A DNA stretch of 64,000 nucleotides from an uncultured Gammaproteobacteria bacterium (GCA_964408775.1 CAYPAP010000002.1:129109-193108), one strand, 5' to 3'; shown: positions 18,527-28,868, numbered from the stretch's first letter. Program-made: numbers and translations. Notes: generated by a model from the sequence alone, not told the origin.

Positions 18527-20179
18527 TTATTTTAATAACGATCTGACAAACTCAACAAATAAAGGATGAGGTGCTAAAGGCCGAGAAATATATTCGGGAT
18601 GAAATTGAACTCCCACAAAAAAAGGATGATCTTTTAGTTCAATAGCCTCAACAATATGACCATCAGGTGAAGTCCCTGAAATTATTAGTCCCTTTTTTTC
18701 AAACAATTCTCGATAGTCATTATTAAATTCATAACGATGACGGTGTCTTTCGTTAATAACATCTTTAAATCCCATTTTATTATAAGCATTAGCCAATCTT
18801 GTTCCCTTTTTCATTTTACAGGGCCAAGATCCAAGGCGAATAGTCCCTCCATAGCCCTTTTTCTTAATTAACTCTTCCTGCTCCGGCATAATATGGATGA
18901 CTTTATTTTTACCTTTAGGATTAACCTCTTCTGAATTAGCATCAGATAAACCACAAACATTACGAGCAAACTCAATAACGGCCATTTGCATACCATAACA
19001 TAAGCCCAAATAAGGAATCTTCTTTTCTCGACAATATTTAATAGTTCTTATCTTCCCTTCCGAACCACGGCTACCCCAGCCCTGAGGGACAATGATACCA
19101 TCAAAGCCCTTAAGAACACCGACTCCCTTCTTCTCGACATCCTCTGTGTCTATCCAACATAATTGTGGGCAAACCTTATTATGAGCTCCAGCATGCTTTA
19201 TAGCCTCAATTACAGAGATATAAGAATCACTCAAATTAAAATCTCCCGTACAAAAATATTTTCCAACTATACCAATCTTAACTTCCTTTTTGGCATTTTT
19301 AATATTACTTATCATTTGTGCCCAGCTCTTAGATTGTTTAATGGATTCTTGATTGGCCCTAGGTTTCAGCTTTATTTTTTTTAATATTTTTTGACTTAAA
19401 TTATTTTTTTCAAAATTAATTGGAACTTCATAAATAGAATCTATATCAGGAGCAGCAATAACATCCTCTTTTAAAATATTGCAATGCATAGCTATTTTTT
19501 CACGACGAACATCGTCAATATCTTTTTCCGAGCGAGCCACAATAAAATTAGGTTGAATTCCAGCAGTATTTAGAGTTCTAACTGCATGTTGAGTTGGCTT
19601 GGTCTTCATCTCCCCTATTTTATTAGGAATTGGTAAATAGGAAACCATCACAAATAAAACATCATCAGGATTTTTTAACTTCATCACTCTAGCTGCTTCT
19701 AGAAATAATAAATTTTCATATTCACCTACTGTTCCGCCTATTTCAATTACCATTATTTCAGCCTTACTTTTTTCTACCGCCTTATAAATCCTCTCCCTTA
19801 TCTCTCTAGGAATATGAGGAACAACCTGAACACACTTACCCTCGTACTCTAAATTACGCTCTTTATTTATAACGGTTTGATAAACTCGACCGGTGGTCAT
19901 GTAGTTTTCCTTATAAATATTTTTATTTAAAAACCTTTCGTAATTACCAACATCTTGATCAGTCTCATCTCCGTCCTCGGTAACAAAAACCTCGCCATGC
20001 TCTACTGGATTCATGGTCCCGGCATCAACATTAATATAAGGATCAATTTTAATAGCACTAACTCTGTATCCTTGATGTAATAAAATTTGAGCGATAGATG
20101 CTGTGGTTACCCCCTTACCAACTCCAGACATCACCCCGCCAACAACGAAGATAAATTTTGGATTTTTTTTATTAGACAT
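18527..20179 (-). CDS. pyrG: CTP synthase
   Basis: FIFVVGGVMSGVGKG N-terminus and the GATase motif GLCYGMQ. The start is moved to the ATG at 20179 (MSNKKNPKFIFV...) because canonical PyrG starts a few residues before the GGV motif. Confidence 0.9.
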   Translation of the reverse strand: MSNKKNPKFIFVVGGVMSGVGKGVTTASIAQILLHQGYRVSAIKIDPYINVDAGTMNPVEHGEVFVTEDGDETDQDVGNYERFLNKNIYKENYMTTGRVYQTVINKERNLEYEGKCVQVVPHIPREIRERIYKAVEKSKAEIMVIEIGGTVGEYENLLFLEAARVMKLKNPDDVLFVMVSYLPIPNKIGEMKTKPTQHAVRTLNTAGIQPNFIVARSEKDIDDVRREKIAMHCNILKEDVIAAPDIDSIYEVPINFEKNNLSQKILKKIKLKPRANQESIKQSKSWAQMISNIKNAKKEVKIGIVGKYFCTGDFNLSDSYISVIEAIKHAGAHNKVCPQLCWIDTEDVEKKGVGVLKGFDGIIVPQGWGSRGSEGKIRTIKYCREKKIPYLGLCYGMQMAVIEFARNVCGLSDANSEEVNPKGKNKVIHIMPEQEELIKKKGYGGTIRLGSWPCKMKKGTRLANAYNKMGFKDVINERHRHRYEFNNDYRELFEKKGLIISGTSPDGHIVEAIELKDHPFFVGVQFHPEYISRPLAPHPLFVEFVRSLLK

Positions 20180-20182
20180 ATA

Positions 20183-20211
20183 TTGACAATTAATTATATT
20201 TGTATTATTAT
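20183..20211 (+). promoter_or_regulatory. Candidate promoter for the 20256 gene
   Basis: TTGACA (20183-20188), 17 nt, TATTAT (20206-20211). Confidence 0.4.
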
Positions 20212-20255
20212 TCATTGATAACCCTAGAGGTTTTAACCAGACAAAAAAAGGAACT

Positions 20256-20537
20256 ATGCTGTATGTTTACAAGGGATTTCTAAGAGAAAATGGAAGATCA
20301 GAAAAGCTTTGCTTGTTTAATGAAGAAGAAAAAACAGCAGAATTTTTCAAAAAAGAAAAAGATCTTATCCAGTTCATTATTGAAAATTATTGTTCTGAAT
20401 ACAATAATTTAAAAAACGATTGGCAACCCTGGATACAAAGGATTTTAAAAGGTAAGTTCGATTTCGAAATTACCAAAAGATTAGCACCGGCGGAAGTGGA
20501 GCGCCTAATTGACAGGACTAAATCTGTCCTGTATTAA
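20256..20537 (+). CDS. Hypothetical protein (93 aa)
   Basis: ORF with an upstream aaaGGAac, followed by a clean terminator. No motif recognised. Confidence 0.4.
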   Translation: MLYVYKGFLRENGRSEKLCLFNEEEKTAEFFKKEKDLIQFIIENYCSEYNNLKNDWQPWIQRILKGKFDFEITKRLAPAEVERLIDRTKSVLY

Positions 20538-20555
20538 AAAATTTTTCACTAAACT

Positions 20556-20585
20556 GACCGTTCACCAAGAACGGTCTTTTTTTTA
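20556..20585 (+). terminator. Intrinsic terminator
   Basis: GACCGTTC accaa GAACGGTC followed by a 9-T run. Confidence 0.8.
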
Positions 20586-21848
20586 TTTCAATAAATCTAT
20601 CGCTGACTTTAATTGAGGATCCCTATCCTCCTTATAATCATCATAGCTCAAAACAACCTCTTTATCAGGAGTAATCCCCTTTTCGTTAATATTTTCCCCG
20701 GCTGGAGTTAACCATTCGGCCATAGTCATTTTTAAAGCTGACCCATCTCTTAATGGTTTTAATATTTGGACCGATCCCTTTCCATAACTTTTTTCACCGA
20801 CAATTACTGCCTTACCATGATACTGCAGGGCTCCAGTCATAATTTCAGAAGCTGAGGCACTACCACCATTTATTAAAACAACTGTTGGATAATTTGTTAA
20901 ACGATTTAAACCACTGGATTTATAATCCATAACTCGACCATCTCCAAACTTTTCAATAACTGCTATTTCACCATCTATCCACTCCCCCAACAAGGCTACA
21001 GGTGTTTCCAAATATCCACCAGGATTATTTCTTAAATCAATTATTAATCCCTTGGGATCAGAGTTATAAATATTATTAACTGCTTCAAGAAAAAGTTTTT
21101 GAGTATCGTTATTAAAGGAAATTATTTTTATTAAATGAATATCATCATCTAAAATATTGTGAGTAACACTTTTCACTATAATAGTATCTCTAATAATTTT
21201 AAATTCTAATACTTCTTCTAAATTTTCTCTAAAAATTGTTAAAACAACCTCAGATCCTTTTGGTCCCCTAATTTTGCTAACAGCCTCATTTATATTCATT
21301 CCCTTAGTTATTTCACTATCTATCTCTAAGATTTTATCGCCGGCCATAATTCCAGCTCGAAATGCTGGAGTTCCTTCCAGGGGAGAAATAACGGTTAGAA
21401 CGTCATCCCTTATACCGACCTCCATTCCCACTCCTTCAAAAGAGCCAGACATTTCTTCATTAAAATCCTTATTTTCTTGAGGATCCATAAATTCGGTATA
21501 AGGATCACCCAAGGCTGAAACCATTCCTTTTAAAGAACCATAAAACATTTTTTTTTCGCTAAATTCTTCTTTGTTTATATAATTATTCCTTAAAGTATCC
21601 CAGATGTCCCAATATAAATTAAAGTCTACATTTTGAGACCATTGTCCATTATCTTTATCGTATTTACCAGTAACCTCTCCTAAATACAAGGCCTGATTTT
21701 CTGATAAGCGAGCAATGGTTTTATTACTGGTCACCAAATGAGCTCCACTAAAAAAAATAACAACAGCGAGAAACAAAACCAAAAAAACTCTGAAGAAAGA
21801 ACCCAAAGCTTTTTTAAATTGCTTTATTTTTCTTTTATTTTTATCCAT
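20583..21848 (-). CDS. ctpA: Carboxy-terminal processing (S41) protease
   Basis: PDZ segment GTPAFRAGIMAGDKILEID, DLRNNPGGYL, LINGGSASASEI; N-terminal TM. Confidence 0.85.
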   Translation of the reverse strand: MDKNKRKIKQFKKALGSFFRVFLVLFLAVVIFFSGAHLVTSNKTIARLSENQALYLGEVTGKYDKDNGQWSQNVDFNLYWDIWDTLRNNYINKEEFSEKKMFYGSLKGMVSALGDPYTEFMDPQENKDFNEEMSGSFEGVGMEVGIRDDVLTVISPLEGTPAFRAGIMAGDKILEIDSEITKGMNINEAVSKIRGPKGSEVVLTIFRENLEEVLEFKIIRDTIIVKSVTHNILDDDIHLIKIISFNNDTQKLFLEAVNNIYNSDPKGLIIDLRNNPGGYLETPVALLGEWIDGEIAVIEKFGDGRVMDYKSSGLNRLTNYPTVVLINGGSASASEIMTGALQYHGKAVIVGEKSYGKGSVQILKPLRDGSALKMTMAEWLTPAGENINEKGITPDKEVVLSYDDYKEDRDPQLKSAIDLLK

Positions 21849-21852
21849 AAAA

Positions 21853-22458
21853 TTAGGACCTAATCAATTTAACAAATGGGAATCGTCTAATATCCATAAT
21901 AGCCGAAGGCTTTCGACGAGACCTAATCTTATTATAATTAACTATAAAATCCGGTTTATATTTATTAAATTTAAAAAGAGAAATTATTTCTCTTAAACTA
22001 CTGACCTCCTTCCGACCACTTAAATTACAGCTAGTAGAAATTAAAGGAGATTTAACGGACTGTATTATTTTAACTAAAAAATCATTTTTTGGCAAACGAA
22101 CTGCTACGCCGTTACTCTTTTTTACACCAAATTTATTTGCGAACTCATCTTTAATATTTAATATAAAAGTTGTTGGTCTAGAGTTTTTATCTAGCCAAGA
22201 TTTTCTTAAAAAATCCTCCTGCTCCTTGGAGACTAGAAAATATTTTTTTAACATCAAGAAATCACTAACTAAAATTATAAAAGAATAGTTTTTCGGCCTA
22301 TTTTTTATTTTATAAACCATACTTATAGCCGAAGAATTATCAGCTAAGCAACTTAAACCGTAAATAGTGTCAGTTAATATTACGCCAATATCCCCTCTTT
22401 TAAATCTGTCTACCACTAACTTCGCATCTAATTTATTTGAAATCTTTATTAAATCCAT
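21853..22458 (-). CDS. tsaC: L-threonylcarbamoyladenylate synthase (YrdC/TsaC family)
   Basis: LTDTIYGLSC, IKNRPKNYSFIILV, STSCNLSG. Confidence 0.75.
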   Translation of the reverse strand: MDLIKISNKLDAKLVVDRFKRGDIGVILTDTIYGLSCLADNSSAISMVYKIKNRPKNYSFIILVSDFLMLKKYFLVSKEQEDFLRKSWLDKNSRPTTFILNIKDEFANKFGVKKSNGVAVRLPKNDFLVKIIQSVKSPLISTSCNLSGRKEVSSLREIISLFKFNKYKPDFIVNYNKIRSRRKPSAIMDIRRFPFVKLIRS

Positions 22459-22462
22459 TTTT

Positions 22463-22981
22463 TTAAATAATAGTTGTCTCTAACATTCTAAGAGCATCTG
22501 GAATTAAAGGTGTAACCCAATCAACTGCGCCGACTAAAATTGGAGCTAATTCGGAATCAGTTATTACGGAAGTTAAAAAATCACTAGAAAAAGCGTAGCG
22601 AGACGAAACATATATTATTACGCCTAAAATAAATAGGCCCTGAATCAAGCCCAGCAAACCACCGAAAGATCTATTAAAAAAAGATATAACTGGTAAAGAG
22701 CTAATTAGGCGTAAAACTTTACCAATAATTTTAAAAATAATATTCAAGAAATAATTAACCACCGACAAAACTATAATAAAGGAAATTATTTTAATCCAAG
22801 AATCAGAAATAAAAGTTAAAAAAGACAGGAAGTCACTTAAATACAAATAAATATTTAGCGATATTATTATAGATAAAATAGCTGATATTAAACTAAGTAT
22901 CATTCTAATTAAACCTAAATAAAAACCATACAAAACAAAAATACCTAAAAAAACAATTAAAATTAGATCTAAAATAACCAT
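22463..22981 (-). CDS. CvpA-family membrane protein
   Basis: About 170 aa with four TM helices. The N-terminus ILDLILIVFLGIFVLYGFYLGLI is typical of CvpA. From memory only. Confidence 0.5.
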   Translation of the reverse strand: MVILDLILIVFLGIFVLYGFYLGLIRMILSLISAILSIIISLNIYLYLSDFLSFLTFISDSWIKIISFIIVLSVVNYFLNIIFKIIGKVLRLISSLPVISFFNRSFGGLLGLIQGLFILGVIIYVSSRYAFSSDFLTSVITDSELAPILVGAVDWVTPLIPDALRMLETTII

Positions 22982-22990
22982 AATCTTAAG

Positions 22991-24448
22991 CTAATTAATC
23001 AAACGAGGGAAAAGAATCTCTCCTTTTTTTATTTTCTCATCCTTAAATTTGCTAATTATTTTATCAGCCGCCCCCGGAATAAATGGATAAAGAGCTAGGG
23101 CAATATCTAAAATATTTTCGCTGGATTTCTGTAAAACCCCTTGCTTTTCATTTTCTTCCGTCATTTTCCAGGGAGCTTTGAGACTTAAAAATTCATCCGT
23201 TTCTTTTATTTTAGAAACTATTGAAGATAATACTTCATTAATTTTATAATCATTCATTTTTTTGTCAATTTCTTGAAAAAAATCATTATCCTCCTCTAGC
23301 AATGGAATATCTTCTTTATAATTAACCTCCTTCAAATTAACCCTCAAACCTGATTTTTCTATCAAGTTAGAGACTCTAGCGACCAAATTACCCAAACCAT
23401 TTACTAGATCAGAGGAATATAATTTCTCTAATTTTTCATAGGAAAAATCGCCATCTTCGAAAGTAGATATTTCCTTAGCTAAAAAATATCTAATAACATC
23501 GGGATGATATTTATCTGCTAGTTCCACAGGGTTTATAGTATTGCCAGAACTTTTACTTATTTTTTGCCCATTAATGGTTAAAAAACCGAAGACCAAAACT
23601 CCTTTTGGAACTGGTAGTCCAGCTGACATTAGCATAGCTGGCCACATAGCTGTCTGTTGGCGTAAATTATCCTTACCACAAACCTGCATCCCCGGCCAGA
23701 AATCATTAAACTTTTCTAAATTATCGGGCCAACCCAAGCAAGATATATAGTTTACTAGGGCGTCAAACCAAACATAAATAACCTGACTATCATCACCAGG
23801 AACAGTTATTCCCCAGGGCATTTTCTCCCTAAGACGGGAAATAGAAAAATCATTCAAACCTTTTTTAATAAAACTATTTATTTCATTAAGTTTCCCCTTG
23901 GGGCGAACAAAGTCGGGGTTTTCTTTATAAAGTTGCAATAGCTTTTCTTGGTAATTGGAAAATTTAAAAAAATAATTTTCCTCTTCGATATTCTCTACTT
24001 GCAAACTAGGGTGAAGCGGACATTTTCCCTTTTCTAATTCTGAATCTGTCTTCTCCATCTCACATCCAACACAGTATTTTACCTTATATTTCTTCTTATA
24101 AATATCACCATTTTCAAGGCATTTACTCCAAAAACTAGCCACAGACTTAGCGTGGTCACTGTTAGTTGTTCTAGTGAAGCTATTGAAACTTAAATTTAAT
24201 ACTTCGTGTAAATCTGAAAATTTCTGAGAATACTTATTACAATAATCAATAACATCAACTCCTGTTTCATCTGCCTTTTGCTTTATTTTCTTCCCATGTT
24301 CATCTGTTCCGGTGTTAAAAAAAACATCAAATCCTCTTTGTCTTTTGTATCTAGCGATAATATCAGCATTAATTATTTCCTTAGCAAAACCTATGTGCGG
24401 ATCAGAATTAACATATGGTAAAGTAGTGGTTATATAAAATTTATTCAT
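22991..24448 (-). CDS. metG: Methionyl-tRNA synthetase
   Basis: FYITTTLPYVNSDPHIGFA, zinc knuckle CVGC...CPLH, VWFDALVNYIS, KISKSSGN. Confidence 0.9.
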   Translation of the reverse strand: MNKFYITTTLPYVNSDPHIGFAKEIINADIIARYKRQRGFDVFFNTGTDEHGKKIKQKADETGVDVIDYCNKYSQKFSDLHEVLNLSFNSFTRTTNSDHAKSVASFWSKCLENGDIYKKKYKVKYCVGCEMEKTDSELEKGKCPLHPSLQVENIEEENYFFKFSNYQEKLLQLYKENPDFVRPKGKLNEINSFIKKGLNDFSISRLREKMPWGITVPGDDSQVIYVWFDALVNYISCLGWPDNLEKFNDFWPGMQVCGKDNLRQQTAMWPAMLMSAGLPVPKGVLVFGFLTINGQKISKSSGNTINPVELADKYHPDVIRYFLAKEISTFEDGDFSYEKLEKLYSSDLVNGLGNLVARVSNLIEKSGLRVNLKEVNYKEDIPLLEEDNDFFQEIDKKMNDYKINEVLSSIVSKIKETDEFLSLKAPWKMTEENEKQGVLQKSSENILDIALALYPFIPGAADKIISKFKDEKIKKGEILFPRLIN

Positions 24449-24468
24449 AGAAATACTGTTTAATAAGA

Positions 24469-25140
24469 TTAATAAATAATAACTGTAAACTCCCCTTTTA
24501 AATTATTTTTATCCTGTTCAAATTTTTTATACAGCTCTTCAACTGAGTCGCTATAGAAGCTATGGTGTTTCTTGCTTATCTCTCTAAAAATCATTATTTT
24601 CTTAGAAAAATTTAAATTTAATAATTCTTGTAAAAGCTTGGATATTCGATATTTTGACTCATACAGCACCACGGGATATTTTAAGTCCAGCATCTCTTTT
24701 ATAGCACTAATTCTTCCCTTCTTGTGAGGCAAGAACCCCAGGAAAAAAAACTTATCAGCCTTTATACCGGAAACTGATAGGGCGCTTGTCAAGGCTGAGG
24801 GGCCAGGAATTGGCTCAATATTAACGTCTGGTAACCTCTCTCTAACCAACTCAACTAATTGTCCTCCAGGGTCAGAAATATTAGGAGTCCCAGCGTCACT
24901 TACTAAGGCTATCGATTGACCCTTTTTTAATATCCCCAATATTTTTTCATATTTTTTATCACCAGAATGATGATGGAAGGATATTAAATTATTTTTAATA
25001 TCATAATAGTCTAAAATTTTCTTACTAACCCTAGTGTCCTCACATAACACAAAGTCAACCTCCTTTAAAATTCTAAGAGCTCTTAAGCTAATGTCTTCTA
25101 AATTACCAATAGGTGTTGCAACAACGTATAAACTACTCAT
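24469..25140 (-). CDS. rsmI: 16S rRNA (cytidine1402-2'-O)-methyltransferase
   Basis: LYVVATPIGNLEDISLRALRILKEVDFVLCEDTR. Confidence 0.85.
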   Translation of the reverse strand: MSSLYVVATPIGNLEDISLRALRILKEVDFVLCEDTRVSKKILDYYDIKNNLISFHHHSGDKKYEKILGILKKGQSIALVSDAGTPNISDPGGQLVELVRERLPDVNIEPIPGPSALTSALSVSGIKADKFFFLGFLPHKKGRISAIKEMLDLKYPVVLYESKYRISKLLQELLNLNFSKKIMIFREISKKHHSFYSDSVEELYKKFEQDKNNLKGEFTVIIY

Positions 25141-25144
25141 AATA

Positions 25145-26848
25145 CTAACTTACTAAATCATCCTTTCTCTCCTTCATATATTTTATCCAATCATCAAAAA
25201 TTTCCACCAAGACCTTGAAAGGGGCTTCTATTATGAAGTCTAAAACAAAAACAAAAATATTAACTCTGGAAGCATTGTTTGATAAAAATTTTCCTACAGC
25301 TACTATCGGGGTGTAAAAGAAGTCAAACAAAAAGGTAAAAATATTCTCCTTAGGCTCAATGATAATAAATTTTTTAATATCTCTTTTAATTCTAAAACTA
25401 AAAAAGCTAACAAACATTAAGAAGAATAAAAATATAGTAATACTAACCCAATTAAACTGAACAAAATCTAAAAATTTAATAATAAAATATATAGTTACAG
25501 AGAAGCCAACTAAATAAAGGAAGTTAAACACAAAATCCATGATAAACTTTCTTTTGGGTGGCTTTCTCAAAACGATAGCGTTGCGGCGACGTTTTTCGCT
25601 ATAAACTATCTCCTCAACTCCAGCTATTATTTTCTTGGTATTTTCCTTAGCTGGGGCCCAGGTGAAAATTATCATTATAAAAAGTAAGAAGGCTGGAAAA
25701 GAAACATTTATAGCCAAAGAAAAAAGATTTAAATCCTCGCCAAACCACTTAACGGCTGGTATTTCTATTAAAAAAACAAAAATTGACTTAGTTAAAAAAA
25801 TGTAAACAATACTTCTAAATCCAGCGCGCCATAATCTGTTTTTTATTTTCTTAAACCTCTTTTCGCAAGTTTCTTTAATTAAATTAACAAAAGATTTATG
25901 ATTATTTAAGGCCTGATCATAAACCTTGATAGGATTATCCCCTATAACCTCTTGTAAGATCGAAAAGTATAAAGAATAACTCTTAGCAATTTTGTCTAAT
26001 TGCTTGCCTAAAGGGTGATTTAACTGGGTTAAGGCAACTGAGTGCAAAACATCTATTTTTTCAGCCACCTCTGATATCCCCTTGGTATCAATTTTTGACC
26101 AGTTTTTATTATAATACTTAAAAACAATGAAATTTAATAAATCTTCATCGAAGTTGAGATAATTTCTGGCTATAGCTAAATAAATTTGAAGATCCAAATC
26201 CTTGTTGTGCGGTAAGTCCTTGGGCAAACTAATATTACTCTTTAAAATTTCATACATATCACTTACGACCTCCCTCTTTACATCATCTTTGTCTAAATTT
26301 TCCTCTATTTCAGCCGCCGCTAAGGCTAATATCCAATTTAAAAGTTTTTTCTGGGCCTTACTTGTCCTCCTCTTATTCCTCTTCCTCTTACCATAAAAAC
26401 TAAAAAGCAGGTTTTCATTTCTAAAGCAATCATATTTTAACTTAATATATTTTTCTAATATACTGGCAATCTCTAAAACCTTAGTCTCCGCTACAGAATT
26501 GTTCTCTAAATATCCAGCTTGGATAAGCTCAGTTAATAGATGAATGGCTAACTCCTGGCTTTTGAAGTTTTTTACTATAAGGCCCTCTATCAATAGCTGT
26601 CGCTTAAAGATACGCTTAATAGCATTTTTTCGAAGTAAGTGGTCATCATCATAGTCTACAGCATTTCTAATTTTTTCATAAACAAAAGACAACTTAGAAA
26701 CCATAGCTGAAACAACTATTTTAGAGGAGTCTTCGACTTCCTTTTTAGGGCTATTCTTCTTTACATACATCAACTGAAAAAGTTTTTTTGCACCAGTGCT
26801 TAGGCTTAATTGACCCTCTTTTTTCTTTTTTAAATGAGGACTAACCAT
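25145..26848 (-). CDS. Hypothetical 567-aa protein: soluble helical N-terminal half plus multi-pass membrane C-terminal half
   Basis: Several long hydrophobic segments follow residue ~345. No catalytic motif recognised. Confidence 0.5.
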   Translation of the reverse strand: MVSPHLKKKKEGQLSLSTGAKKLFQLMYVKKNSPKKEVEDSSKIVVSAMVSKLSFVYEKIRNAVDYDDDHLLRKNAIKRIFKRQLLIEGLIVKNFKSQELAIHLLTELIQAGYLENNSVAETKVLEIASILEKYIKLKYDCFRNENLLFSFYGKRKRNKRRTSKAQKKLLNWILALAAAEIEENLDKDDVKREVVSDMYEILKSNISLPKDLPHNKDLDLQIYLAIARNYLNFDEDLLNFIVFKYYNKNWSKIDTKGISEVAEKIDVLHSVALTQLNHPLGKQLDKIAKSYSLYFSILQEVIGDNPIKVYDQALNNHKSFVNLIKETCEKRFKKIKNRLWRAGFRSIVYIFLTKSIFVFLIEIPAVKWFGEDLNLFSLAINVSFPAFLLFIMIIFTWAPAKENTKKIIAGVEEIVYSEKRRRNAIVLRKPPKRKFIMDFVFNFLYLVGFSVTIYFIIKFLDFVQFNWVSITIFLFFLMFVSFFSFRIKRDIKKFIIIEPKENIFTFLFDFFYTPIVAVGKFLSNNASRVNIFVFVLDFIIEAPFKVLVEIFDDWIKYMKERKDDLVS

Positions 26849-26983
26849 AAAAAAATATTAAAATAAATAAAAAAATAATACTACTATCACCAGACATAAC
26901 ATTATTATTATTCCATATAATACAACATAAAGCAATAATAATACTCTAACATAATACAATAAAAAAAATAAAAAATCAATTTC

Positions 26984-27012
26984 TTGACATTTATGATTAA
27001 ATTTACTAATAT
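26984..27012 (+). promoter_or_regulatory. Promoter of the secE-nusG-rplK operon
   Basis: TTGACA (26984-26989), 17 nt, TAATAT (27007-27012). Confidence 0.55.
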
Positions 27013-27054
27013 ATAGCCATAGCCAGCAGGCTGTTTTTAATTTAATTTAAAGAT

Positions 27055-27240
27055 ATGGAAAAAATTGTAAAATATGTAAAAGAATCAATTGTAGAGCTCA
27101 AAAAGGTAACCTGGCCAGGGAAAAAGGAAACCCAACGCTATACTTTTTTAGTGATAGGAATAAGCTTGTTAGTGGCTGCCTTTTTAGGATCTCTAGACTT
27201 TATTTTTAATATTGGTTTAGAATTTTTAATTACAAAATAA
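27055..27240 (+). CDS. secE: Preprotein translocase subunit SecE
   Basis: ELKKVTWPGKKET followed by one TM; located directly upstream of nusG. Confidence 0.8.
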   Translation: MEKIVKYVKESIVELKKVTWPGKKETQRYTFLVIGISLLVAAFLGSLDFIFNIGLEFLITK

Positions 27241-27249
27241 TATACTAAT

Positions 27250-27795
27250 ATGGCAAAACAAAATTTAAACCAAGGTCGACGTTGGTATGTACTACACACC
27301 TATTCCGGATATGAGGAGAATGTAGCCCATAATTTAAAGCAAAGAATAGAAACTCTAGATGTAAGCGACAAAATATTTAACGTCTTGGTTCCAATTGAGA
27401 AAAAAATAAAAATCAAAAACGGAAAAAGAAAAATCGTTGAAGAAAAGATTTTTCCTGGATATGTATTAGTAGAAATGGAAGTAACCGATGAATCATGGTA
27501 TATCGTTAGAAACACCCCAAATGTTACTGGATTTATTGGAGTAGGAACAACACCAACCCCAATCAGTGAAAAAGAGGTTCAAGCCCTTATGAAGAGAATG
27601 GGAGTTGAAGAACCAAAATTCAAAATTGATATTGAAATTGGAGAAGTAGTTAGAATAAACGATGGCCCCTTTAAAAACTTCGAGGGCAAGGTTACCAATA
27701 TTGATGAGGCAAAAGGAAAAATCAAAGTCAATGTATCAATGTTTGGTCGCGAAACTCCAGTTGAATTAGATTTCTTACAAATTAAAAAAATATAA
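27250..27795 (+). CDS. nusG: Transcription termination/antitermination factor NusG
   Basis: RWYVLHTYSGYEENV (NGN domain) and the KOW segment GEVVRINDGPFKNFEGKV. Confidence 0.9.
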   Translation: MAKQNLNQGRRWYVLHTYSGYEENVAHNLKQRIETLDVSDKIFNVLVPIEKKIKIKNGKRKIVEEKIFPGYVLVEMEVTDESWYIVRNTPNVTGFIGVGTTPTPISEKEVQALMKRMGVEEPKFKIDIEIGEVVRINDGPFKNFEGKVTNIDEAKGKIKVNVSMFGRETPVELDFLQIKKI

Positions 27796-27856
27796 TAATA
27801 AAGTAATTTGATACCAATTAAAAAGGTTTGCTTCTTCAAATTATTTTTTAATCAAT

Positions 27857-28279
27857 ATGGCAAAGAAATTATTAACAAAAATAAAACTACAAATTCCAGC
27901 GGGTCAGGCTAATCCAGCCCCTCCAGTTGGACCAGCTTTAGGTCAACATGGCTTAAGCATCCAAGACTTTTGTACTAAATTTAATGACGCCAGTAAAAGC
28001 CGTATGGGAGAAATAGTCCCAGTAGAAATAAGCGTTTATGAGGATAGGACTTTTGATTTCATAATGAAAGCTCCTCCAGCCTCTGATCTTATTAAAAAAT
28101 ACGCTAAAATCAAAAAGGGATCTGGCAAGCCATTAAGTCAAAAAGTAGGATCTTTAACTAAAGAGGAATTAGCCGAAATAGCTAAAATTAAAATGACCGA
28201 CCTAAACACCGAAGACCTAGATCAAGCTATGAAAATAATAGCCGGAACAGCCAGGCAAATGGGAGTAGAAATAAAATAA
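27857..28279 (+). CDS. rplK: Ribosomal protein L11
   Basis: [24 protein letters not shown]. Confidence 0.95.
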   Translation: MAKKLLTKIKLQIPAGQANPAPPVGPALGQHGLSIQDFCTKFNDASKSRMGEIVPVEISVYEDRTFDFIMKAPPASDLIKKYAKIKKGSGKPLSQKVGSLTKEELAEIAKIKMTDLNTEDLDQAMKIIAGTARQMGVEIK

Positions 28280-28283
28280 AGAT

Positions 28284-28799
28284 ATGAACATTGAAAAGCC
28301 CAATAAAGATATTAACGATAAAATAAATAATCCTTTTATCGAAAAAGAAAACGACATAATGTTAAATACCCTCCAAGAAGAAGATAGAAAGATTCTACAG
28401 GAAAAATTATTATCTCTGTATAGACTTAACACTTCCCTGCACCTGGAATATACAAACAAAGAAAAGAGACTAAAAGAATTGGAAATGTTTAAAGAAAAAC
28501 TAGACGATGCTATTATTTATATCACTAATATCTATTTGATTTTAAAGGGAAAAGATATAGCTGATGTTAAAGAGGTAGAAGAATCAGATTTTACCGAAAA
28601 AGACCTTTCAAATTTAAACTTAAAAATAGATTACAAAAAAGTAGATGATTTTACCTTTAGTAGTAAAAGAAGTTTGATAACTCTTTTTAATGCCTGTAAA
28701 AATTTGCAAGCCAAATTAGATAAAAAAATGCAAGAAATCTCAGAAAAACATGAAAGGCAAAAATTAGAGAATGAAAAAGAAAAGTCCGAAGTTTATTAA
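28284..28799 (+). CDS. Hypothetical coiled-coil protein inserted between rplK and rplA
   Basis: The ATG lies 4 nt after the rplK stop. 171 aa, K/E/L-rich, no recognisable motif. Confidence 0.5.
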   Translation: MNIEKPNKDINDKINNPFIEKENDIMLNTLQEEDRKILQEKLLSLYRLNTSLHLEYTNKEKRLKELEMFKEKLDDAIIYITNIYLILKGKDIADVKEVEESDFTEKDLSNLNLKIDYKKVDDFTFSSKRSLITLFNACKNLQAKLDKKMQEISEKHERQKLENEKEKSEVY

Positions 28800-28868
28800 A
28801 TAATTTATTAATTTAAATGGTGGGAGAAAAATATTTTTAGAAATTTTTCGCCATTACCACTAAAAAAT

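Noticed and set aside
28816-28855. Hairpin before rplA as an intrinsic terminator
   Set aside because: No U-tract follows the stem (the sequence continues accactaaaaaatATG). It is kept only as a possible regulatory structure in the findings.
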